Source of the DNA: Macrostomum hystrix
Lineage: Eukaryota; Animalia; Platyhelminthes
DNA length: 64,000 nucleotides
Direction: 5' to 3'
Assembly (NCBI GenBank): GCA_950097015.1
Contig: CATNEN010000038.1
Coordinates: 27,094,001-27,158,000, forward strand
The position numbers and the translations under genes are program-made. The notes under the pieces were generated by a model. That model made no database searches, was not told where the DNA came from, and saw only the letters and a list, made by a program, of their open reading frames with translations. The first letter of the stretch is position 1, and each line of letters starts with the position of its first letter. Shown in pieces: positions 37,610-48,200 of the stretch.

Positions 37610-38517
37610 CACCTGTCATCCAGATGTATGAGTTCTCACCTGTCATCCAGATGTATGAGCTCTCACCTGTCATTTAGATGTATGAGCTCTCACCTGTCAT
37701 CCAGATGTATGAGCTCTCACCTGTCATACAGATGTATGAGCTCTCACCTGTCATTTAGATGTATGAGCTCTCACCTGTCATCCAGATGTATGAGCTCTCA
37801 CCTGTCATACAGATGTATGAGCTCTCACCTGTCATCCAGATGTATGGGCTCTCACCTGTCATCCAGATTTATGAGCTCTCACCTGTCATCCAGATGCATG
37901 AGCTCTCACCTGTCATTTAGATGTATGAGCTCTCACCTGTCATACAGATGTATGAGCTCTCACCTGTCATCCAGATGTATGGGCTCTCACCTGTCATCCA
38001 GATGTATGAGCTCTCACCTGTCATTCAGATGTATGAGCTCTCACCTGTCATTCAGATGTATGAGCTCTCACCTGTCATCCAGATGTATGAGCTCTCACCT
38101 GTCATCCAGATGTATGAGCTCTCACCTGTCATACAGATGTATGAGCTCTCACCTGTCATCCAGATGTATGGGCTCTCACCTGTCATCCAGATGTATGAGC
38201 TCTCACCTGTCATCCAGATGTATGAGCTCTCACCTGTCATCCAGATGTATGAGCTCTCACCTGTCATACAGATGTATGAGCTCTCACCTGTCATCCAGAT
38301 GTATGGGCTCTCACCTGTCATCCAGATGTATGAGCTCTCACCTGTCATTCAGATGTATGAGCTCTCACCTGTCATTCAGATGTATGAGCTCTCACCTGTC
38401 ATCCAGATGTATGAGCTCTCACCTGTCATCCAGATGTATGAGCTCTCACCTGTCATCCAGATGTATGAGCTCTCACCTGTCATCCAGATGTATGAGCTCT
38501 CACCTGTCATCCAGATA
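37610..38517. repeat. 27-bp minisatellite (ctctcacctgtcatccagatgtatgag) x~33
   Basis: Near-perfect tandem copies with a 324-bp higher-order period. Confidence 0.95.
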
Positions 38518-39137
38518 TGCAGTAAAAAACAAAAAAATAATATGAGCTACTGTTCAGTACTTTGTAGAATCACTAGTGGCTAATATTTACTCTGTAAAGT
38601 GGCGCCATGAAGATAAGCCCTATTTGGTTAGATTTGGCGAAGGCAAACACACATACTGACAGCTGTCGTCAGGCAGACACAGTCGAGTCTCACGAGCACA
38701 TGTCGCAGGGGAATATTTTTAGGTTTGAAAAGCCATTCGCGATTTGATGATTTCGCTAGTGTGCCCGACAGCTCGTGACGTGACCATGCAACGACCGGAA
38801 ATCGATCAAGGGTGGGATTTCGGTCTGAGTAAATCCCGGTTTTACCATGAATAGCTTCCCCCCCAAGTTGGTTATCTCTTCTAGCACTGTCGCCTCTGGC
38901 AGGGGAATGATCTGACGAGTGAGAATGTACTTTAACTAGGACAGGACAGCTGCCGATATATGGATACAAAGTATGCGTCATGATCTGAATGTTCCGTATT
39001 AGGTAATCTGCCGTTTTGCCTGCATTAGCACGGAGTAGTTTCTCTGTCTTCTTAGGAAATAGGTTATTAAAAATGGGCTTACTGCTTACTACTGTATGAA
39101 ATAATAACCAAGGACCACTAGAAGACAACGAACAGAA

Positions 39138-39294
39138 GATTGTAGCCTAGTTAGGGCGTCAGACTCACAACTTGAAGGTCCGGGGTTCGATTCCCGACTC
39201 CACTCCAATTTGCGTCCTTCAGCAAGACAATCAACTCTGCAGTGCTTCAGTTCACACAGCTGTTAAATTGGTACCAGCATTTGCTGGGGTAATT
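39138..39294 (+). mobile_element. SINE family A, 3'-truncated (tRNA head + CORE)
   Basis: Homologous to 9383-9700. Confidence 0.8.
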
Positions 39295-39754
39295 ACTTTT
39301 TGCTCAATAATATGCAATATCTACGAGTGCACCAGATGTAAAAGAACAGAACGCAGGCAAAAAACTGATACAGGAAAATGTCATCAGAAAACGACACAGT
39401 TTTTAGACGCCCTTTGCATCCAAGAAGCTGCTCGATATAATGCTGTTTAAGCTACAGTGTCTAGCTGATCTAGACAACTCTATATAGGCACAATTAATTC
39501 AACTGGTCGGGGGCGAATGAAGCCAAATAAAAGTATCAAAGTAACAGCATCTAGCATCTAGCTGCTGAATTCAGTGATTGAAGTTTTACTGCATTGGATT
39601 TCATATGACTTCCGATATACTCGTAGTTCTCTTGATTGTTGAGAAGAAATCTTTCAAAATAGGGCAGTTTTTTCTATACGGAAGATGTAGGGTTTCAGAA
39701 AGTGCTTATGACTTTTTAAAATAAAAAATTACATGACACCAAAGTTTGATTTGG

Positions 39755-40300
39755 GGGGGGGGTTGGAGGCAGAGCGGTCTAACGTGTTTGTCTCTCGCAC
39801 CGAGGTCCCTGAGCTCGATTCCGCGGCGAGGCCACATTCATTTGTGGCGCAGCCGCGGAGAGAAGGCTTGGGGCTTGTCGCGCAATTTAATACCTTGAGG
39901 GCCAACCTCCAAGGCACAGTGAGAGTGCCGTAATTGATGTATTAATTGATTACGCCTGCCCCCATCGGGTCAGATGTGCAGCCGACAGCACAGCCGCAGG
40001 CATTGCGCGGCGCATCTGAAGGCTGCGAACGGCTGCATGTTCAGTCCATGGACTGGGGGACGCCACACCCACCCTCAATTACCCCCAGCTAATGTTGGTA
40101 CACATTTAACAGCTGGGTGAACTGATGCAATACAGAGTTCAGAGTTAAAAGTCTGGAATCGAACCCCCGACCTTAAATTCGCAAGTCCGACACTCTAACC
40201 ACTAGACTAGAACTCCTTCACTGACTGACAATGAGAAAGTCGGGACAGATGTACAAACCTGTTTGTGTGTGCCTGCGTACAGTATCTATGTGCGTGCATC
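39755..40300 (+). mobile_element. SINE family B split by a nested antisense SINE A
   Basis: B head and body at 39755-39930; B resumes at ~40222 (ctgacaatgagaaagtcggg...gcctgcgtacagtatc). Confidence 0.85.
39931..40214 (-). mobile_element. SINE family A inserted into SINE B
   Basis: Homologous to 9383-9700 over nearly its full length. Confidence 0.85.
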
Positions 40301-40957
40301 TCAGTGTAGTGTTGACTGTCACTGACTGACTATGTAAAAGAAAAATAAATTCTAAAACATCTCGGGCTATTTTTTGAAATGTGCAAATCAAGAGACACAT
40401 TCGCCTGATTCTCTCCTGCTTTTTAGCAAAATAGACTTGCCCCATCTGAGAACACATCCTGTGAACTAAAAACTACAAAGAATCAGTTACAAAGAAGCGG
40501 CACAATAAAAGTACAAAATAAATAGCTCAGCCCGTAGTGTATCAATATGACTGGAATGAAATTAATACAAAATTGTCTACTAATGCAAGTGCATATAGCT
40601 CGTATAAAACAAGAATAGGAGCGCAGAGATCAGCAATTGACACAGACGCAAATAATGCGAACTCATTCTATTCAATTCTATCATAAACACTCAGACTAGG
40701 AAGGACATATACTGGCAATGTGTACTGACGAATATTTGATAATGCGAATTTTAGTTTGTATAAATCAACTACATATTCAATTTTAGGACAGCGGAAATGA
40801 GCAGAAAATGTCCACAATGAAACCGGGCCAAAGCTTGTCTTCGCGATGCCAAACAGCGCTATCGACCGTGTTGCCAACCAGTATAGCTCTGCCGTGCTCA
40901 GGCAGTGAGCAGTTACCGTATGGCACCTGCGGTATGTGATTAGTTAGGTGTGGTTAA

Positions 40958-42071
40958 CAGTAGAAAGAACACGGGGTGTATTTCAAATACCCAGATTTTT
41001 GTTGATCTCCAAAAATATTCAACCAATCTCAATAGAAATCCAGAACAAGGGCTAAAATCTTTCGACTATTCGATGTCGTCATCGGCATCGTCGAGATAAT
41101 CAACGATTCTCGTCGGGGTGTCTGGTGGCAAAAATCACCAATATAGTTTGTTATAAGATTGTTATCTTATCAGAACAATGTTAGCTGACGTTGTCACAAT
41201 GATTTTTGAAAACAATCGCCCAACATTTCGACAATGCCGACTCGGACGGCTTTGAAAGTTAGTTCCTCGTAATTGGCGGAAAATTCTGATTCACTGGTGG
41301 ACTTTCACGAAAATCGGTCATTCGGTTTGAGAGCTACCGTGAAGTAGTCAGTGGGTAATACCTGCTTTCTAGGTGTTAAGGAGGGTCGTTGAAGATGTGA
41401 CAAGTGCTAGTTCTCTTTCTGAACCAAATATTTAATAAGATTTTTGGATATAAAGCTATGAAATGCACTGAATTGACAAAAGACTTAGTAGACTAGATCA
41501 CAGTGGGGAGATGAGACGAGTGATAAGATGAGACACGGGATAAGATGAGACGAGGGATAAGATGAGACACGGGATAAGATGAGACACGGGATAAGATGAG
41601 ACACGGGATAAGATGAGACACGGGATGAGATGAGACACGGGATAAGATGAGACACGGGATAAGATGAGCCCTGGCATGAGATGAGACAGGGGATAAGATG
41701 AGACAGGGGATAAGATGAGCCATGGGATGAGATGAGACAGTCAATGAGATGAGACAGGGGATAAGATGAGCCATGGGATGAGATGAGACAGTCAATGAGA
41801 TGAGATAGGGGATGAGATGAGACAGGGGATGAGATGAGACAGTCAATGAGATGAGATAGGGGATGAGATGAGACATGGGATGAGATGAGACAGGGGATAA
41901 GATGAGCCATGGGATGAGATGAGACAGTCAATGAGATGAGACAGGGGATAAGATGACCCATGGGATGAGATGAGACAGTCAATGAGATGAGATAGGGGAT
42001 GAGATGAGACAGGGGATGAGATGAGACAGTCTGTGGTCTTTCCCCGGGGGATAGCGTGGTCTTTCCAACTG
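40958..42071. mobile_element. Family C TIR element flanked by TTAA, containing a nested 'flank + GAGAT minisatellite' segment (41365-42030)
   Basis: TTAA|CAGTAGAAAGAACACG ... CGTGGTCTTTCCAACTG|TTAA imperfect TIRs; internal homology to 18748-20180. Confidence 0.7.
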
Positions 42072-42207
42072 TTAATTGTACAGTGCGTGAACGGTAGAGT
42101 CAAAGCGACCCAAATTCTACTCCATCAGATGCACACGCCAATAGGTGAATTAAAACAATTCGAGAAATTAGTGTGTTGCACGAGGACAAAAATTAATTTC
42201 CAAGGGC

Positions 42208-44650
42208 TAACTGGAATAGACTCCAATAGCTGACTGGAATAGACTCCAATAGGTGACTGGAATAGACTCCAATAGCTGACTGGAATAGACTCCAATAGCT
42301 GACTGGAATAGACTCCAATAGCTGACTGGAATAGACTCCAATAGCTGACTGGAATAGACTCCAATAGGTGACTGGAATAGACTCCAATAGCTGACTGGAA
42401 TAGACTCCAATAGGTGACTGGAATAGACTCCAATAGCTGACTGGAATAGACTCCAATAGGTGACTGGAATAGACTCCAATAGCTGACTGGAATAGACTCC
42501 AATAGGTGACTGGAATAGACTCCAATAGCTGACTGGAATAGACTCCAATAGGTGACTGGAATAGACTCCAATAGGTGACTGGAATAGACTCCAATAGCTG
42601 ACTGGAAAAGACTACAATAGCTGACTGGAATAGACTCCAATAGGTGACTGGAATAGACTCCAATAGCTGACTGGAATAGACTCCAATAGCTGACTGGAAT
42701 AGACTCCAATAGGTGACTGGAATAGACTCCAATAGCTGACTGGAATAGACTCCAATAGCTGACTGGAATAGACTCCAATAGCTGACTGGAATAGACTCCA
42801 ATAGGTGACTGGAATAGACTCCAATAGGTGACTGGAATAGACTCCAATAGCTGACTGGAATAGACTCCAATAGGTGACTGGAATAGACTCCAATAGGTGA
42901 CTGGAATAGACTCCAATAGGTGACTGGAATAGACTCCAATAGCTGACTGGAATAGACTCCAATAGCTGACTGGAATAGACTCCAATAGGTGACTGGAATA
43001 GACTCCAATAGCTGACTGGAATAGACTCCAATAGGTGACTGAAATAGACTCCAATAGCTGACTGGAATAGACTCCAATAGCTGACTGGAATAGACTCCAA
43101 TAGCTGACTGGAATAGACTCCAATAGCTGACTGGAATAGACTCCAATAGGTGACTGGAATAGACTCCAATAGCTGACTGGAATAGACTCCAATAGGTGAC
43201 TGGAATAGACTCCAATAGCTGACTGGAATAGACTCCAATAGGTGACTGGAATAGACTCCAATAGCTGACTGGAATAGACTCCAATAGGTGACTGGAATAG
43301 ACTCCAATAGCTGACTGGAATAGACTCCAATAGGTGACTGGAATAGACTCCAATAGGTGACTGGAATAGACTCCAATAGCTGACTGGAATAGACTCCAAT
43401 AGGTGACTGGAATAGACTCCAATAGGTGACTGGAATAGACTCGAATAGGTGACTGGAATAGACTCCAATAGCTGACTGGAATAGACTCCAATAGCTGACT
43501 GGAATAGACTCCAATAGCTGACTGGAAAAGACTCCAATAGCTGACTGGAATAGACTCCAATAGGTGACTGGAATAGACTCCAATAGGTGACTGGAATAGA
43601 CTCGAATAGGTGACTGGAATAGACTCCAATAGCTGACTGGAATAGACTCCAATAGCTGACTGGAATAGACTCCAATAGCTGACTGGAAAAGACTCCAATA
43701 GCTGACTGGAATAGACTCCAATAGGTGACTGGAATAGACTCCAATAGGTGACTGGAATAGACTCGAATAGGTGACTGGAATAGACTCCAATAGCTGACTG
43801 GAATAGACTCCAATAGCTGACTGGAATAGACTCCAATAGCTGACTGGAATATTCCAGCTGACTGGAATAGACTCCAATAGCTGACTGGAATAGACTCCAA
43901 TAGGTGACTGGAATAGACTCCAATAGCTGACTGGAATAGACTCCAATAGGTGACTGGAATAGACTCCAATAGCTGACTGGAATAGACTCCAATAGGTGAC
44001 TGGAATAGACTCCAATAGCTGACTGGAATAGACTCCAATAGGTGACTGGAATAGACTCCAATAGGTGACTGGAATAGACTCCAATAGCTGACTGGAATAG
44101 ACTCCAATAGGTGACTGGAATAGACTCCAATAGGTGACTGGAATAGACTCGAATAGGTGACTGGAATAGACTCCAATAGCTGACTGGAATAGACTCCAAT
44201 AGCTGACTGGAATAGACTCCAATAGCTGACTGGAAAAGACTCCAATAGCTGACTGGAATAGACTCCAATAGGTGACTGGAATAGACTCCAATAGGTGACT
44301 GGAATAGACTCGAATAGGTGACTGGAATAGACTCCAATAGCTGACTGGAATAGACTCCAATAGCTGACTGGAATAGACTCCAATAGCTGACTGGAAAAGA
44401 CTCCAATAGCTGACTGGAATAGACTCCAATAGGTGACTGGAATAGACTCCAATAGGTGACTGGAATAGACTCGAATAGGTGACTGGAATAGACTCCAATA
44501 GCTGACTGGAATAGACTCCAATAGCTGACTGGAATAGACTCCAATAGCTGACTGGAATATTCCAGCTGACTGGAATAGACTCCAATAGCTGACTGGAATA
44601 GACTCCAATAGCTGACTGGAATATTCCAGCTGACTGGAATAGACTCTAAC
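42208..44650. repeat. 23-bp satellite (gactggaatagactccaatagSt) x~105 with higher-order structure
   Basis: Tandem array; the long ORFs in three - frames are artefacts. Confidence 0.97.
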
Positions 44651-44964
44651 AGACTCCCATGCGTTATAGCAACAGTTTATTAAACAAGGCTTCACTTTAC
44701 AAAGAAGCATAAATGACAAAAATAGGATCGAAAAAATATTGTTTTTTTAATGAACATTTAAGATCATACTGGAAATAAAGCCGGATTACACAGGAGCATT
44801 AGGTACAAATTTATTTTTAATTAAAATCAGATTGATGGGTGTAAAATCAGCATGATCACTACTCAGTCAATACCTTTTGTTACTCTATTCGAAGTCAACC
44901 TTCTATTCACAAAAAGGCTGGCTGCTGTGGAGAAATTATTGATTTTTTGCCTGTTTAAAATATG

Positions 44965-45140
44965 AAATTTTCCACATTTGGTAAGTTTCCATATTTGGTA
45001 AGTTTCTATATTTGAAAGTTTCCATATTTGGTAAGTTTCCATATTTGGTAAGTTTCTATATTTGAAAGTTTCCATATTTGGTAAGTTTCCATACTTGGTA
45101 AGTTTCCATATTTGGTAAGTTTCCATATTTGGAAGTTTCT
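44965..45140. repeat. 17-bp minisatellite (tttggtaagtttccata)
   Basis: About 10 copies. Confidence 0.9.
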
Positions 45141-45218
45141 AGCCTGGGATGTCTTTAAAAAATTGACTAGGTTTATTGTAGCCCTAGGAAAGCGAAGACA
45201 CCATTTTTAAGCTCTCAC

Positions 45219-48200
45219 GTGGACCGAAGACGCTTTCTGAGCAGTCGCGCCACGCGTTTGACCATTGTGTAGCTGCTGCAAAGCCGTTAGGAGCATCTCG
45301 CACAGCAGGAAGATATTGTTGCCCCGCTCAGGCAGCCGGCCGCACATCTCGTTTGGTAGGCCCGGACCGGCTAGATCCAGTTCCAGCTTGCGCAGCAGGA
45401 ACAGGTCGTCCTGATTTCGCGTAGTTGTGTCAGTGAATGGCAGACGTCGTTTGCCAACTCTGAGGACGAGATTTTTTAAGTAAAGTTTGGAGATAAAAGC
45501 CAGTTGCACGATAATTAGCAGCTACGAGTAAACTTAATTTTGGATCAGAGGTAATCGCAAATGAGATTTCGTTGGCGGCGACTTCAGCAAGTGGGAATTT
45601 TAATTATACGAGCTACCGTAGGCCGTAGAGGCCACGGTATTTTACCGTGCCTATACAAGCACATTGGGCGAGAAAGGAGATTAGACGTGACGACCAATCA
45701 GTAAGGAGGAAGGGAGAGAAAATGAGAGATCAGCGAACACTGCTAACCAGCTAGTGAAAAAAACTATTTTAAACTGGGGGTAAAGTGACGACCAATCAGT
45801 AAGGAGGAAGGGAGAGAAAATGAGAGATCAGCGAACACGGCTAACCAGCTGGTGAAAAAAACTATTTTAAACTGGGGGTGAAGTGATGACCAATCAGTAA
45901 GGAGGAAGGGAGAGAAAATGAGAAATCAGCGAGCACAGATAACTAGCTAGAGAAAGAAATGGAAATGGAAAAGAAGCGATAGAGAATCGAATTATGAAAG
46001 CACTTGCACAGTCAACACAAACACACTTAGATGTGTAAGAATGACTAGGACTTCGCCTAAAACAAGTAGGCTATTTATTATCTATTTGAATTTGTTGTGC
46101 CAAGTACAGCATCTTAACAACGCGATAATCAACTTTTCCCGCAAAACTGGCGCGTGTCATTTTCTGATTTGCACTAGCCTTTTTTACCGATCCAATCTTT
46201 TCGTCTAGCATAATCGGCAACATTCACTGGCCCAGTCTATGATATTTCAGTTAATTTAAGGAAACAAATACATCAACACGCATGAATGTCATATAGCAGC
46301 TATTTAACCTATAAAATATTTAAAATATTGCATTTTTTAAATACGAAATCGTATTCAATCTTGATATTTCTCCCATTCTGGCAGGCCAAAGTAGCTGTAA
46401 TACACGCATAGGATTGTGCAGCCTGTTTTTCCCAAAGCAGTCGGATGGGAGTTCCCCTGGGGCTGATTTGGCCGACCATGCAGTACACTCCCGCGCTATC
46501 AATATTATGCCAGTCTACCTTGTGTTAAGCGCTAAAATTAACCCTTGAAATCCAATCAAAGCAGTCCACGCACCGCTTTGAGGTGAAATCGAATCATAGT
46601 TCTTGGGTATAGCTTGCATATAGTTCAGACTATGCGGTAATTCTGTTTGTCCTCTCAGTCGGGTCATCCCACTGATTAATTGGGTCAATATTGGGAGAGC
46701 CAATGCTCACACATCCCCACGTCCTGTCCCGGTGTAACCCCATGGACCACATTTCCGTATCCACAGACTCACCCTGGTAGGAAGATGCTCTCGAGCATGA
46801 GCTAGGGTTGAGCACTAGGGTTGAGCACTAAGGGACAGGGAAGGGTAGATTCGATTCGAGAATAATTTCACCGTTTTGGAGGATGGAAGAAAGCCGGCCC
46901 GAAGGCCGAAGGACTTTGAGCTTGAGAAGAGGACTATAAAAGTGGGTTGGCTTCTAAGCTGTATCTAGCTGTACTTTTGACCCTCCATCGAGCAGGACAT
47001 AAAACTGGTTGGATAGTGTAATGAAAAAATACAATGGATAGATAGATCAAGCCAAATGTCCAGGCATTGGTACAACACACCTACGTAAATATCTACCCTA
47101 GCAGATGCTGGTACTCAGTTTTATAGCTCAATATCATATTACAGTTTTACATTCAATACATTACAGTCAAATTATGGCGCCTACAGCAGGGGTTGTAGCG
47201 TAGTGGTTAGAGAGTCGGACTCAGGACTTGAAGGTCCGGGGTTCGATTCCCGACTCCACTGGAATAATTTTTGTTCGATAGCAAGACACTTAACTGTGCA
47301 CTGCTTCAGTTCACCCAGCTGTTAAATGGGTACCAAGGGTGGGTGTGGCGTCCCCCCCAGACCATGGACAATAGCTGCGGCTGTGCTGTCGGCTGCACAT
47401 CTGGCCCAATGAGGGCAGGTGTAATCAATTATCATTATTTAATTATTATTACAATACAGAATTGCTTCCATTGGGCCGGGGGGTCGGTGGCAGAGCGGTT
47501 ATCGCGCTTGCCTCTCGCACCAAGGTCCCTAAGTTCGATTCCACGGCGAGGCCACATTTATTTGGGGTGCAGCCGCGGAGAGAAGGCTTGGTGGCTTGTC
47601 GTGCAATTTACGCCCTTGAGGGCCAACCTCCAAGGCACAGTGAAGTGTACGATGCCTGACGATGAGAAAGTCAGGGGCAGATGTACACACCTGTGTGAGC
47701 GTGTGCCTGCGTACAGTATCTGTGTGCGTTTGTGCTCAGGAGTCAGCGAAATGGGTAGAATTGCCTCCTCGCTGGCTGCGGGTCTAGTGTCACTAAATGA
47801 TGTGCCATTGCCCGCAGCCCTCCTGCAATTATTATTATTATTATTGCATTGGGCTGAGATTCGAACTCTTGACATCCTAGTGAAAATAAAAAGCGCAAAC
47901 AGATAAGTATGAGCCACAGCGCAGCAGTAAAAACAAGGACTTATATATGATCCACTCCAAAACAGGAAGTGAATTTAGCGCATCTTAAGTAGAGAAACTT
48001 ATCAGTAAGAACGGAACTCCGAATGGACAGGAAGGGTAACACGCACACGCGTTCTAGTGTTCTAGAAACTTCAATTTCCTGTGTTTTCTATGTGTTAAGG
48101 AGTGTCGTTAAAGATGTGACAAGTGCTAGTTCCCTTTCTGAACCAAATATTTAATAAGATTTATGGATATAAAGCTTTGAAATGCACTGAATTGCAAAAA

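Noticed and set aside
37592-38583. Repeat-protein ORFs (SSRCMSSHL / MYELSPVIQ)
   Set aside because: 27-bp minisatellite with no unique coding flanks or domain
38628-39128. 166-aa ORF on the - strand
   Set aside because: No ATG start, domain or codon bias; could not be linked in phase to other exons
42125-44719. ORFs of 657-864 aa on the - strand
   Set aside because: Translations of a 23-bp satellite, open in all frames because the unit lacks stops on that strand
46320-46815. Additional exons or a decayed ORF on the - strand
   Set aside because: Several stops, no recognisable motif, ambiguous splice phases
47650-47755. Hammerhead ribozyme in SINE B (ctgacgatgag...cgaaa)
   Set aside because: Core does not match CUGAUGA/GAAA with proper stems I-III by eye; an Infernal scan would settle it
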